Assembly (NCBI GenBank): GCA_965246715.1
Contig: CBDFFH010000005.1
Coordinates: 128,001-192,000 of the forward strand
Length of the DNA stretch: 64,000 nucleotides
Source of the DNA: Chamaesiphon sp.
GTDB taxonomy: Bacteria > Cyanobacteriota > Cyanobacteriia > Cyanobacteriales > Chamaesiphonaceae
Direction of reading: 5' to 3'
Below the pieces are notes generated by a model. It saw only the letters and a program-made list of their open reading frames with translations. It was not told the DNA's origin and did not search any database. Shown piece by piece: positions 41,050 to 54,129 of this stretch. Position numbers and translations under genes: made by a program. The stretch's first letter is position 1; the number at the start of each line of letters is the position of its first letter.

Positions 41050-41271
41050 TTAGTTAACCACTGCCTCCAGATATCGCTCTTCCATCAGATACGAAGCCCG
41101 ATCGAATTTTACGACCCAATAATTACCCGGCTTGTGATCGGTAATCAGTCCCGTCTCGCCGACCGCAAGCAAGTTGGGTGGGCGCAACATGGGCATTGGC
41201 TCCGCTGTTTTGAGATAAGCAGGTAGTGCAACCAGCTTAATCGTGGTACCAATGTTAAATTCTTGAGACAT
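41050..41271 (-). CDS. sipA: NblS-interacting protein SipA (DUF3148)
   Basis: YLKTAEPMPMLRPP. Confidence 0.88.
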   Translation of the reverse strand: MSQEFNIGTTIKLVALPAYLKTAEPMPMLRPPNLLAVGETGLITDHKPGNYWVVKFDRASYLMEERYLEAVVN

Positions 41272-41294
41272 AACTTATATTTAGTTGTTATTTA

Positions 41295-43439
41295 TTATTT
41301 ATTTTTGGTAATTTGCGCGAATAAATCGTGAGATCGATCGATGACTTCGCCATGAAAGACTTTGACGACATTAGCTGTCGCCGCCTGGAGTAACGGATCG
41401 ATCTCCAGCTCATCTGGCTCTTCCACAGCCATACTTGCGATCCGCTCGCGATCGAATGATTCGGGCGGTGCGTCAAAGTTAGTTGGGGGTTCGAGTTCGC
41501 TGGAGGGCGTTACTGGCTGTGGTAAAGGACTTGGTGCGATCGACTGCGCTAGAATGCTGGAAATGCTAGTTGGCGGGGGGAACTGCAAAATATTACGGTC
41601 GATCTCCTCATCCTCATCTGCCGCTGGATCCGTCTCATCATCAGTCAGATACTCTACTGGTGCTAACATTGTTGGCGGTGTGATGCCAGGAGAGGGCGAT
41701 GGTGGCATCGGACTGGGTTCTGGTGGATATGTTGGCGGCGTGGGGATCGGATCGGGCGGATAAGCTGGTGGTTGTGGGGGGAGGGGATTAGGTTCTGGTG
41801 GCTGTACTGGTGGCTCTGGCGGCAAGACTGGCGGATCGAGGGGCGGTGGAACTTCGGGGGGTGCGGGAATCTCTGGAGTTAGCGCAGCAGGCGATGGCGA
41901 AGATAATTTAGCGGGAGCGACGCTAGGCTGGGTTTGGAGTTTGCCGAGAACTTCCAATTTCACCACCAGCGGTCGTCCGAACATGTGACTGAATACTTTG
42001 GTCAGTTCGGGCACTTTCCCTGAGGCGATCGACTGCATGGTGGTAGATTTCATTGCTACTACTGCTTGCTGGTCGGTGACGCTAATTAGCTTCCCAAAGG
42101 GTTTAAATAAGTCACGACTTGCAGGTAAAAGCTGCTGTAAGACCTGTTCCCAGGTGCTATCGATCTCTACAGTGTCAATGGAATGTTTTGGGGCTGCTAG
42201 GGGTGTTAATGTGGGCATAGTACTAGGTACCTCAGCTGGAATATTAGTGGGTATTGCGGTTGGGTGAGCGGTCTGCTGTGGGGAGGGGGTGGAAGTCGTT
42301 GGCAAGCTTGCCCTAAGTGGCTGCTGCTGTGCTTGAGGCTCAGCGGTACTAACGCGATCGAGCAAGCCTAACAGAATAATTTCTAGCCAGAGTCGGGGTT
42401 GGGTCGTTTGTTTGACTTGGATTTCGCTATCTTTAAGGTGTTTTTGTCCAGCGAGAATCCAGCTAATTTGCCATGTCTGGGCGATTTTACTGAGTTCTGC
42501 CCACGTTTCGCTGGTGAGAGCGACTAAATCCGGACGCTTGGGGGCGGTTTTGGCAATGAGGAGATCCCGATAGCAACCAGCGAGATTTTGTAAGACGGTG
42601 AGGGGTTCTTTCCCGCGTTCGAGGATTTCGCGGGTGCGATCGAGTAAACTTTCGGGATCGTTACTGGCGATCGATTGTAAAATACCTAATAAGTCACGTT
42701 CGGGGACGGAACCGATCGCATCCCATACTCGATCGGGTGTAATCTCGCCGACGAGCAAACTCAAGCGATCTAATAAGCTTTCCGCATCGCGCAAACCACC
42801 TTGAGCGATTTGGGCGATCAGCGTGACCGATGCTGGGGGAATCTGAATTTGTTCGATTTGCGCGATATAAATCAGATGTTTTACCATGGCATCAACGGGA
42901 ATGCGGCGATAGTCAAACCGTTGACAACGGGAAATAATCGTCGGTAAAACTCGTTGCGGATCGGTCGTCGCCAAGACGAAGACGACATGTGGCGGTGGCT
43001 CTTCGAGCGTTTTTAGCAGTGAGTTAAAAGCTGCGGTCGTGAGCATATGACACTCATCGATGATATAAACCTTATATCGACACTGCATGGGAGCATATCG
43101 AGCGCGCTCGATAATTTCTCGAATATTATCGACTCCAGTATTACTAGCTGCGTCGATTTCGATAATATCTAGAGCGGCACCTAAGGCGATCGAGTTACAG
43201 ACTTCACACTGACCGCAAGGTTGAGCTGTCGGTACCGGACTCAGCATACAATTTAGAGACTTGGCTAAAATTCGGGCACTCGATGTTTTACCCGTTCCGC
43301 GCGGCCCCGTAAACAGGTAAGCTGGAGCAATCTTTTGGAGCCGGAGTGCATTAGTCAAAGTTGTGGCGATCGCCTCTTGCCCGACCAGATCGGCAAAAGT
43401 TTGCGGTCTATATTTATGATGTAGAGGTATATATGCCAT
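41295..43439 (-). CDS. dnaX: DNA polymerase III gamma/tau
   Basis: KYRPQTF, GPRGTGKT, DECHML, SRCQ; Pro-rich C-terminus. Confidence 0.97.
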   Translation of the reverse strand: MAYIPLHHKYRPQTFADLVGQEAIATTLTNALRLQKIAPAYLFTGPRGTGKTSSARILAKSLNCMLSPVPTAQPCGQCEVCNSIALGAALDIIEIDAASNTGVDNIREIIERARYAPMQCRYKVYIIDECHMLTTAAFNSLLKTLEEPPPHVVFVLATTDPQRVLPTIISRCQRFDYRRIPVDAMVKHLIYIAQIEQIQIPPASVTLIAQIAQGGLRDAESLLDRLSLLVGEITPDRVWDAIGSVPERDLLGILQSIASNDPESLLDRTREILERGKEPLTVLQNLAGCYRDLLIAKTAPKRPDLVALTSETWAELSKIAQTWQISWILAGQKHLKDSEIQVKQTTQPRLWLEIILLGLLDRVSTAEPQAQQQPLRASLPTTSTPSPQQTAHPTAIPTNIPAEVPSTMPTLTPLAAPKHSIDTVEIDSTWEQVLQQLLPASRDLFKPFGKLISVTDQQAVVAMKSTTMQSIASGKVPELTKVFSHMFGRPLVVKLEVLGKLQTQPSVAPAKLSSPSPAALTPEIPAPPEVPPPLDPPVLPPEPPVQPPEPNPLPPQPPAYPPDPIPTPPTYPPEPSPMPPSPSPGITPPTMLAPVEYLTDDETDPAADEDEEIDRNILQFPPPTSISSILAQSIAPSPLPQPVTPSSELEPPTNFDAPPESFDRERIASMAVEEPDELEIDPLLQAATANVVKVFHGEVIDRSHDLFAQITKNK

Positions 43440-43565
43440 CTGCGGGTTAAATAAATAGAGACATCAGCCTCAGAAAAATAGAGTGTCGAGGCGATCTACC
43501 TAGCACTACTCTCTAGGATACCCTAGATCGAATGTACCAAAATCGTGCATCAAAGGAATCAGTAA

Positions 43566-44540
43566 ATGTTAAAAAAAATCTGGCAATCATTTATGAGGTG
43601 GGTTCGCAAAACGTTCGGCAAAGGGACTGTCAGATCGATAGATCGGCGCGTCGCCACTGTAGAATTACCGCCTCTCGATGATACCGATCGCGAGTACTTA
43701 TTCATGCAGTTGCTTGAAGGTGTGGCTCATGGCTGGCAACAACCCCGTGCGGTCGGCTTTTTTAACAAAATTAGGCAACGCGTCCGTAAATCAGAATGGT
43801 TGGAGTGGCTCGATCGTTTTGGTACTAATTTAGTCAACGCCCCTGTACCCAATTATGAACTAGCCGGACGGATGGTGCAATTGGCTCAACTCGACTGCGG
43901 CGAAATTGGCGACCGCGCCGGAGAATATGGTGTGAAACTACTCGAACGTCAAGCAGAAGAAGCTTCAGCTGGCATGTTACCGATTATTGAATTCGGTGGT
44001 GCAGATGAAGAAAACCCGTTTGGCATGAGTTATGGTGGCTCGATCGACAATAGTGGCACAGATTGGGATGAAATCCCACCAGAACTCCTCGCCGAGCGCG
44101 ACGATCCCTCCCAGTCAGAACTGCGATCTCAGCCCCCAGCCGAGCAAAATACCGAAACCCGAGAGATCACCTTAGAAGAATTTGCGGCAATGCTGCATCG
44201 AGATCCCAATCTGGTTGCTGAGTTAGCCGAACAATTTGGCATCGAGACTACCGACCCCCAAATAATTATCAATGCGGTGATCGCGCAAATGCAGCAGCAG
44301 GTGCAACCGATTAGTGGCGATCTCAACACCACACCTCACGAAACAACCGTCGTACCACCGTCACCCCAACCACCAGAAATCATCGAACATCAACCGACTG
44401 CTGCGACTCCCTCACCACCACCCCCACCACCGACACCCAAATTGGAGTATAAATCCGACGATCCGTGGAACAATAACCTGCCGCATACTAGCGAAGAAGC
44501 ATTATCTGAGACAGCCACGTCTCCCGATCGAGGAGCTTAA
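43566..44540 (+). CDS. Hypothetical protein with acidic/Pro-rich C-terminus
   Basis: EYLFMQLLEGVAHGWQQ domain; 324-aa ORF. Confidence 0.75.
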   Translation: MLKKIWQSFMRWVRKTFGKGTVRSIDRRVATVELPPLDDTDREYLFMQLLEGVAHGWQQPRAVGFFNKIRQRVRKSEWLEWLDRFGTNLVNAPVPNYELAGRMVQLAQLDCGEIGDRAGEYGVKLLERQAEEASAGMLPIIEFGGADEENPFGMSYGGSIDNSGTDWDEIPPELLAERDDPSQSELRSQPPAEQNTETREITLEEFAAMLHRDPNLVAELAEQFGIETTDPQIIINAVIAQMQQQVQPISGDLNTTPHETTVVPPSPQPPEIIEHQPTAATPSPPPPPPTPKLEYKSDDPWNNNLPHTSEEALSETATSPDRGA

Positions 44541-44546
44541 TCAGGT

Positions 44547-45410
44547 ATGACCAGAATTAGTAAATTATATACAGATGGTGCTTGTTCGGGAAATCCCGGC
44601 CCTGGCGGTTGGGGGACGGTCGCCTATTTTGAGGATGGAAGCTGCCACGAACTCGGCGGTCGCGATGGCGCGACCACCAATAATCGGATGGAAATGCAAG
44701 CGGCGATTGCCGCGCTCAAATTTTTTGCGGACACTAATGGTACCCAACCCTGCGTCCTCTATACCGATAGCGAATATTTAATCAAAGGGATCACCCAATG
44801 GGTTAAAGGTTGGAAGAAAAAAGGGTGGAAAACTGCTGCTGGTAAACCCGTCCTCAATCAAGACCTCTGGGAAACACTCGATAATCTCGATCGGCAAGTT
44901 CGCGACCAAACTAAAGTTCCCGTGTCTTGGCAGCACGTCAGAGGGCACTCTGGGGATATTGGTAACGAACGGTGCGATACCATTGCCAGAGGCTTTTCTG
45001 GTGGAAAACCCCCACAATTGCGGCAACGCTCTACAATGGAGATGTCTAAAATTTCTCCCGCCGAACCGAACCCTACAGCACCTTCGGCACCTATTCCATC
45101 TCCCCCAGCGTTGCAGACTGCCACCATGTTAGAAGAACAGCTCATTCATCACGATAGTACCGAACACATCCCGCGTGAAGTTCGAGTCGCCGCTCTCCAC
45201 CACCTGATCGATACCCTTCGCATCGCCGATGAAGTTGCCAAAAATGGTTATCTGATTACCAGTTCCGAACTAGCAGATTTGATGGATATCAATGCTAGCG
45301 CCGTTACCAGTCGTGGAGACAGATGGGCGTGGCGCAATTGGATCGTCTCTAGAGTCCGGCGCGAGGGCAACCAAATTCTCTGGCAATTAGAACGGGTTGA
45401 TGGCGAATAG
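44547..45410 (+). CDS. rnhA: Ribonuclease HI with cyanobacterial C-terminal extension
   Basis: YTDGACSGNPGPGG, TNNRME, TDS, HVRGHSG..GNERCD. Confidence 0.95.
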   Translation: MTRISKLYTDGACSGNPGPGGWGTVAYFEDGSCHELGGRDGATTNNRMEMQAAIAALKFFADTNGTQPCVLYTDSEYLIKGITQWVKGWKKKGWKTAAGKPVLNQDLWETLDNLDRQVRDQTKVPVSWQHVRGHSGDIGNERCDTIARGFSGGKPPQLRQRSTMEMSKISPAEPNPTAPSAPIPSPPALQTATMLEEQLIHHDSTEHIPREVRVAALHHLIDTLRIADEVAKNGYLITSSELADLMDINASAVTSRGDRWAWRNWIVSRVRREGNQILWQLERVDGE

Positions 45411-45535
45411 TTAGATAATGCCAAGATCCCCGACTTCTTTGGAGAAGTCGGGGATCTGTTGTTAATAGCGTAATTGCCGGCATTCAAGGTCATGAATAAT
45501 CTTTTCCCTGTACAGATGGTTTGACTGTCATTAGC

Positions 45536-46057
45536 ATGAAGCTTTATCTTGTCGATCGAAACCCAGACTTAGTTGCTGCTTGGCAAGAGCTTTTTGCTGG
45601 ACTTAACAATGTTTTTATTTGTGAAGGGGATATACTCTCGATTGCTGAAGATACCATTGTTTCACCTGCAAATAGTTACGGATTTATGGATGGAGGCATA
45701 GATCGTTTGTATATCGATCTTTTTGGCTTAGATCTACAACAAAAATTGCAAGAGACGATCGGTTCTAGACCTGAAGGCTATTTGCCGATTGGTAGTGCCG
45801 AGCTAATCAAAACCAATCATAGCCGTATCCCTTATTTAATTGCTGCACCAACAATGATATCTCCAGAAGCAGTTCCTGCTCGTAACTGTTTCTATGCAAC
45901 GATCGCCATCTTAAGCATTGCTTCGCGTCATCCATATATCAATAAGATATTTTGCCCAGGACTGGGTACGGGTATTGGTTGCGTTCCACCCCATCTCGCA
46001 GCACAAGAAATGGTAACGGCGTACCGTAAATGGTTATCTCGCTTAGTAGAACGATAA
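45536..46057 (+). CDS. Macro domain protein
   Basis: GDI, IVSPANSYGFMDGGID, PGLGTGIG. Confidence 0.9.
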   Translation: MKLYLVDRNPDLVAAWQELFAGLNNVFICEGDILSIAEDTIVSPANSYGFMDGGIDRLYIDLFGLDLQQKLQETIGSRPEGYLPIGSAELIKTNHSRIPYLIAAPTMISPEAVPARNCFYATIAILSIASRHPYINKIFCPGLGTGIGCVPPHLAAQEMVTAYRKWLSRLVER

Positions 46058-46231
46058 AGAATTGTGTATTTCCGCTAATTTGCTCGTGAGTATAAAATTT
46101 TTGCAAGTTTGCGGAATCGATCGATCTCCAGCTGTAGCTGTTAATAAGGCTCGATCTTTCCGCCTCAGGCAGATCCGAGCGGGTAGTCGCGACTCACACT
46201 CAAGTCCACTACCTATGACAGTTAAATTACC

Positions 46232-47905
46232 ATGTTCGATCGATCTAATTCATTATCTCGCCTCGCGATCGTTTGTTCGACTATTGCATTTTTACTCGGC
46301 AGTTTGACTGGTTGCAACAATAGTTCTGGGATGCGAAGTTCCAGTTCTAATTCGACAACCTCTCGATCGCAATCACCATCCACAACAACGAATGTCAATG
46401 AAGAGTCTGCTAAATCAGATACGATCGCATCGCCAGTACCATTATTGGATGGATTGACTGGCTCTGTAGACAAACAGGCAAACCAAGAAAGCTATAAATC
46501 AGTTCCTGAAAATCAATTTTTTGCTGCTACTAGCCAACCATTATCGACATTCTCGATCGATGTCGATACGGCAAGTTATAGTAACATCCGACGGTATATT
46601 AATGACGGCCAATTACCGCCTAAAGATGCTGTCAGAATCGAGGAAATGGTCAATTATTTCCCCTATGATTATCCCCAACCGACAGGCGATAAACCATTTT
46701 CAATTAATACCGAAGTAGCCAATGCCCCGTGGAATCCCCAACATAAACTCGTGCAAATCGGACTACAGGGTAAAAAAGTCAGTGTAGAGAAATTACCCCC
46801 GAATAATTTAGTTTTCCTGATCGATGTCTCTGGTTCGATGAACGAACCCAACAAACTCCCACTGCTCAAATCTTCACTCAAGTTGTTGGTGAACGAACTC
46901 AGACCGACCGATCGAGTCTCGATGGTGGTATATGCTGGTAGTGCTGGCTTAGTTTTACCCTCTACTTCTGGTAAGGAAAAAAGTAAGATTATCGCCGCAC
47001 TCGATAAATTGGAAGCAGGTGGTTCGACTGCTGGTGGTGAAGGCATCGTCCAAGCATATAAAGTCGCGCGTGAAAATTTCCTCAAGGATGGAAATAATCG
47101 GGTAATCTTAGCTACCGATGGCGATTTTAACGTCGGAGTTAGCAGCGACGAAGAGTTGGTCAAACTCATCGAAAAAGAACGTAAAAGTGGCGTATTTCTC
47201 TCAGTGCTGGGATTTGGGATGGGCAATCTCAAAGACTCCAAAATGGAACAGCTAGCCGATAAAGGTAATGGCAACTATGCCTATATCGATAGTATTAACG
47301 AGGCAAAAAAAGTCCTAGTTAAAGAAATGGGCGGCACGTTATTTACGATCGCCAAAGATGTCAAAATCCAAGTAGAATTCAATCCCAAACAAGTCCAAGG
47401 ATATCGGCTGATCGGCTACGAAAATCGCGTCCTTGCCAACCGCGACTTCAAAGATGATAAAAAAGATGCTGGCGAACTCGGCGCGGGACATGCGGTTACA
47501 GCCCTGTATGAGGTGATTCCTGTCGGCGTAAAAACCGATCTCACATTTTCCAAGCCAACTGCTGCACCGGATGCGGCAGATAAAGATACCAAGCTCGCGG
47601 CAAATAGTCAGGAATTGCTACAGGTAAGGTTGCGGTATAAAGCACCAAAATTGGACACTTCCCAACTCATTACTAGTAGTGTAGTCGATCCTAATTTGAC
47701 GATCGATAAAGCATCTGCCAATCTTAAGTTTGCATCTGCTGTAGCTGCTTTTGGGATGAATATTAGTAACTCGAAGTATAAAGGCAGTACTAACTTCAAT
47801 ACCATTGTCGAGTTAGCTACCCAATCTAAAGGTAGTGATTTAGATGGCTATCGAGCAGAGTTTATTCGCTTGGTGGAAAAGAGTAAACAAATTAAAAAAT
47901 CTTAG
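46232..47905 (+). CDS. VWA-domain lipoprotein (YfbK-like)
   Basis: LTGC lipobox, STFSIDVDTASY, DVSGSM MIDAS, ATDGDFNVG. Confidence 0.92.
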   Translation: MFDRSNSLSRLAIVCSTIAFLLGSLTGCNNSSGMRSSSSNSTTSRSQSPSTTTNVNEESAKSDTIASPVPLLDGLTGSVDKQANQESYKSVPENQFFAATSQPLSTFSIDVDTASYSNIRRYINDGQLPPKDAVRIEEMVNYFPYDYPQPTGDKPFSINTEVANAPWNPQHKLVQIGLQGKKVSVEKLPPNNLVFLIDVSGSMNEPNKLPLLKSSLKLLVNELRPTDRVSMVVYAGSAGLVLPSTSGKEKSKIIAALDKLEAGGSTAGGEGIVQAYKVARENFLKDGNNRVILATDGDFNVGVSSDEELVKLIEKERKSGVFLSVLGFGMGNLKDSKMEQLADKGNGNYAYIDSINEAKKVLVKEMGGTLFTIAKDVKIQVEFNPKQVQGYRLIGYENRVLANRDFKDDKKDAGELGAGHAVTALYEVIPVGVKTDLTFSKPTAAPDAADKDTKLAANSQELLQVRLRYKAPKLDTSQLITSSVVDPNLTIDKASANLKFASAVAAFGMNISNSKYKGSTNFNTIVELATQSKGSDLDGYRAEFIRLVEKSKQIKKS

Positions 47906-47907
47906 GA

Positions 47908-48081
47908 ACCTGAGTTCGGGAGAAGAAATGCCTGGAGACTGGAAGTCTCGGCTCACGATCGAAGTAAGCGCCTACGCGGACTAGTTAATCAGTCCGCGCA
48001 GGCGGACTTCGTAATGCTAGCCCCGATTTCAATCGGCGGTGGTGCTGGGACGAAGCTAATATCTTTATCCCGAACTCAGGT
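47908..48081. mobile_element. 174-bp MITE-like element with 14-bp TIRs ACCTGAGTTCGGGA enclosing palindromic repeats
   Basis: Perfect inverted termini; no clear TSD. Confidence 0.7.
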
Positions 48082-48158
48082 CAATCTAGTAGCGCTGAAA
48101 ATCGACATAAATCGTACCTTTTATTGCCGCACTATAAATTGAGAAATTGGAGATAACT

Positions 48159-49361
48159 ATGAACGAACTAAATCGCGATCGACTCGATTTAAGCCATCAA
48201 GGTTATCAGATCGATCGAGTATTGGGACAAAATGTTAATGGTGGTCGGGTAACATATTTAGCCACAGATTTAGATGTAGATCGATCGGTAGTTATCAAAC
48301 AGTTTCAATTTGCGACGATCGGCAATCGCTGGAGCGACTACGATAGTTATCAACGTGAAGTCGAAATCCTGCAACAACTAGAACATCCGAACATTCCTAA
48401 ATATCTTGCTTCGTGGGAGACACCCACCGGATTTTGTTTGGTACAAGAATACAAATCTGGTCGTACTCTAGCCAATTCTGGACGTGATTTTAGTCTAGAA
48501 ACCGTCAAGCAAATCGCGATCGAGCTGTTAGAGATATTAATTTATTTACAGGCACAAAATCCCTCTATCATCCATCGCGATATCAAACCCGAAAACATCT
48601 TAATCGACGAACAGAATCGCGTTTATCTCATCGACTTTGGTTTCGCCCGAAATGCACATACCGAGCAAAATGCAAGTAGTACGATTAAAGGGACGCTGGG
48701 ATTTATGCCAACCGAACAATTATTCAACCGTCCCTTAACTAAAGCAGCAGATTTGTATGGTATGGGTGTCACATTGGTTTGCTTATTAACCGGACGCAAA
48801 TCCATGGAAATAAGTCAGCTCATCGATGCTAATTATCGGCTGGATCTGCGATCGCATTTAGGACATTTACCGCCGAGATTTCTCGATTGGTTGATTCAGA
48901 TGACCGATCCCAATCCCGAACAGCGTTATCCCGATGCTCGAACTGCTTTAACAGCGCTGCAATCGCGCGACGATTCTCCAACTTTCCAACCGCTACCGCA
49001 AAAGCCTGCGATCGTGGTGGGTATACTAATAATGCTAGAATTACTTTTGTTTAGCAAACATCTGTTAACGGTTGTCAGACCAGCTACCTCAAATACGACG
49101 ATCGCCCAATTACGTACGAATCGGGGTTGTCCTGGCTGTAATCTAGCTGGGATCGACCTGCGGGGGATGAATCTCCAAAGCTACGATTTTAGCGGTGCAA
49201 ATCTTACTGGTGCGGATTTACGCAGTGCCGATTTGCGGGGTGCGAGTTTGCGCGGTGCCAATTTGACAAATGTGCTGAGTTATAATGCCAACTTCGCCAG
49301 CGCCGATGTCACTGATGCAACGATTTCTGACACGCTAGCACGGCAAATAAATCGGCGGTAG
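48159..49361 (+). CDS. Ser/Thr protein kinase with TM segment and pentapeptide repeats
   Basis: VVIK, HRDIKPEN, DFG; C-terminal CPGCNLAG.DL pentapeptides. Confidence 0.92.
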   Translation: MNELNRDRLDLSHQGYQIDRVLGQNVNGGRVTYLATDLDVDRSVVIKQFQFATIGNRWSDYDSYQREVEILQQLEHPNIPKYLASWETPTGFCLVQEYKSGRTLANSGRDFSLETVKQIAIELLEILIYLQAQNPSIIHRDIKPENILIDEQNRVYLIDFGFARNAHTEQNASSTIKGTLGFMPTEQLFNRPLTKAADLYGMGVTLVCLLTGRKSMEISQLIDANYRLDLRSHLGHLPPRFLDWLIQMTDPNPEQRYPDARTALTALQSRDDSPTFQPLPQKPAIVVGILIMLELLLFSKHLLTVVRPATSNTTIAQLRTNRGCPGCNLAGIDLRGMNLQSYDFSGANLTGADLRSADLRGASLRGANLTNVLSYNANFASADVTDATISDTLARQINRR

Positions 49362-49443
49362 CGCTGCAATTAAAATTGCTGCTAGGGAAACTTAGTTCTC
49401 GATCGCTACAGATTGCCTTATTTTGTTATCGATTTCTACTGGG

Positions 49444-50655
49444 CTACTGCAATATTTTCAGATACTTGGTCGCCTTTTGGTAATATTGAGTGTTACCCTG
49501 TTGTTGAAATAGTCTGGCGGCTTGTTTCATGTCATTAATCGCACCAGCTCGATCGTTCAGCCTGAAATACTTCAGAAAACCGCGATCTTTGTAAGCCTCA
49601 GCAAAATTGGGGTTGAGTTGAATCGCCCGATCGTAATCAGCTAATGCGCCTTGGGTATCTTTGAGTTCGTCCTGCTTCAGAATACCGCGATTGTTGTAAG
49701 CCTCAGCAAAATTGGGATCGAGTTGAATCGCCCGATTGAAATCGGCTAATGCGCCTTGGGTGTCGTTTCGCCCAGATTTAGCAACACCACGGATCGAATA
49801 AAGTCTCGCTTTTTGAGAATCGATCGCGATCGCTCGATCCATGTCGTCTAACATTCCCCGATAGTCACCCTTACTTTCCTTTGATAGCGCACTAGCAATC
49901 AGATCGTCTAAAGGTTTTGGTTTCGCGGTTACTACCACAGGAGTATAGCCACCAATTCCTGCTGTGGTTGCCAACTTGACGAACGTATTGACCGTAATCC
50001 CCAGGTTGAAGCCAGTTTTCACCCGCACTTCATCATTCATGGTCTTTTCGAGCTTCGTATCCACATCCCCTTGTCCGTGGATGGCAATTACTTCACCCTT
50101 ATCGTTCCATACGGGGCCACCACTGTGTCCTGGCAACGTATTGTTACTGTAAATCAGCGAATAACCCTTCCCCTGCTGCTTGGTACTACTATTACTAACC
50201 ACATCGCCTTTGACAAAAGCAAAAATCGAATTGCTGATGGTAGACGAAAGTGGGTAGCCAGAGACATAGACAGTCTCACCTGCATCGACTGTATCGGAGT
50301 TAGCGATTAACTTGGCAACTGGGTAATTTTTGCTACTGGTAAAGGTGAAGACAGCAAGATCGACATTATTGGGAAAGGTTTTGACATTTGTAACCGGATA
50401 TTTTGTATCGTCAGGTGTCGTTACTTGACAGCCACTTTTCTTCACCGCATGAGCCACAGTTAGTACGGTATAAGTACTACCTTCTTTGCGAAGAATCGCC
50501 CCACAACCAAAGCCACAGTCAGTAATCTGCACCGTTACCTGTTTGGCAATCTTCTGCACCTCAACTGGTGATAGAGCTACCGCCGCAGTTTGTACCAAAG
50601 GAATTGTCGCGGCTGCGCCAATTAGTCCGACCCACAGCGAGATTGTAGAAGACAT
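49444..50655 (-). CDS. Secreted trypsin-like serine protease with TPR repeats
   Basis: TVAH, DLAV, GHSGGP triad; TPRs with a 105-bp internal duplication. Confidence 0.9.
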   Translation of the reverse strand: MSSTISLWVGLIGAAATIPLVQTAAVALSPVEVQKIAKQVTVQITDCGFGCGAILRKEGSTYTVLTVAHAVKKSGCQVTTPDDTKYPVTNVKTFPNNVDLAVFTFTSSKNYPVAKLIANSDTVDAGETVYVSGYPLSSTISNSIFAFVKGDVVSNSSTKQQGKGYSLIYSNNTLPGHSGGPVWNDKGEVIAIHGQGDVDTKLEKTMNDEVRVKTGFNLGITVNTFVKLATTAGIGGYTPVVVTAKPKPLDDLIASALSKESKGDYRGMLDDMDRAIAIDSQKARLYSIRGVAKSGRNDTQGALADFNRAIQLDPNFAEAYNNRGILKQDELKDTQGALADYDRAIQLNPNFAEAYKDRGFLKYFRLNDRAGAINDMKQAARLFQQQGNTQYYQKATKYLKILQ

Positions 50656-50909
50656 GGATGTGTATTTATTTTGTGACAGTATCGATATTAATCCATTTCA
50701 TTCCAATCTGTGCGCTTGCTACTCCTGTCATTGCGTAAAGACTATAAAATCTACCTCTATGTATAGCAATAGCCAAGATCTTTAGGACGTTTTTTGATTA
50801 GTCCGCGTAGGCGGACTTCGCATCATCAGCGGCGATTTCAATCGCTGTTGTCCTAATAACCTTGGCGGTGGCTATACCTCTGTCGTTCAATAACGTTCGA
50901 TTAATTTAG

Positions 50910-53000
<2,091 letters not shown>

Positions 53001-53195
53001 GTAAACCATCAATATGATACACGATCGATATTGACAATATAACTAGCGATTTGTCTATTCTTTATGGGTTAAATAAGATATGAGATTAGATTGTTATCTG
53101 TAAACTATCGAAATCATCTAGACATCGATATAGAGTGCTACAAATGGCGATTGCATTAACAAGTTAAAATATTAGGTACAGGGAGGTAATATAAG

Positions 53196-53942
53196 ATGAG
53201 TGATGAATGGAATTTCTACTTTTGCAGTATCGAAGATAAGTTAGCTTCGATCTATGTCGATCTTGGTATTATGGACTTGACCCCAATAAAAGAGATTCCA
53301 TTCATGACATATGTCCGACTGAAAATGAATTCACCGGATGATAATGGTATGTCTAGTCAAGAGGAACATGAGGCACTCAATCGCATCGAACAAGCTTTGG
53401 AGAAAACACTTGTCGTCGATTTATCCCATTATGTTGGTCGCTGTACGACAGATTCCTATCGAGATTTTTTCTTTTACGTCGCTCAACCAAAAAATTGGAT
53501 ACAATCTGTCAACAATCTCATGCAGACTTTTCCGGATTATCAATATACTCTAAACATTAGAGAAGAAAAGGACTGGTCAACTTATAGATCGTTCTTATAT
53601 CCAGATAGAGCTGCACTACAGTCGATCGATAATCGTCGAATCTGCTTACTTCTGGAAGAGAATGGCGATCGCATGAATGAGGCTAGAGAGATCGAACACT
53701 GGGCTTATTTTACTGATAAGCATAGTCGTAGTGAATTTGTCAAAGAGGCGATTCAACTCGGTTTTTCACTTGGCTCGTTAGATGAATTGAATACAACAGG
53801 ACAAAAGCAATATTCAGCTCGGATTTGTAGAGATGATATTCCTAGTTTTGCAAGTATTGACAACGTCACACTTCCTCTTTTTTATCTTGCAATTGAGAAT
53901 AATGGTTATTACGATGGGTGGGGAACAGCAGTTATCAAATAA
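53196..53942 (+). CDS. DUF695 plus RraB-like domain protein
   Basis: ASIYVDLG, GMSSQEE, REIEHWAYF, YDGWG. Confidence 0.75.
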   Translation: MSDEWNFYFCSIEDKLASIYVDLGIMDLTPIKEIPFMTYVRLKMNSPDDNGMSSQEEHEALNRIEQALEKTLVVDLSHYVGRCTTDSYRDFFFYVAQPKNWIQSVNNLMQTFPDYQYTLNIREEKDWSTYRSFLYPDRAALQSIDNRRICLLLEENGDRMNEAREIEHWAYFTDKHSRSEFVKEAIQLGFSLGSLDELNTTGQKQYSARICRDDIPSFASIDNVTLPLFYLAIENNGYYDGWGTAVIK

Positions 53943-54129
53943 ACCAACAATATACTGGTAGCCAGCCAGTAGGGAGGGCAATGCGGCAATGCCCTCCATC
54001 TAAATTTCAGGCATTTTACTAGCCATAAATACTTGTATTGCTTTATTCAACTCGATAGATTCGATACAGAAGTGCCAATGATATAATTAAATTATCAACA
54101 CACAATGCCTAAGAGCAGTTAGAGACGAG

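Noticed and set aside
41295..43439. Long dnaX suggesting an intein or programmed frameshift
   Set aside because: The extra length is a Pro-rich low-complexity linker; no intein motifs or obvious slippery site seen.
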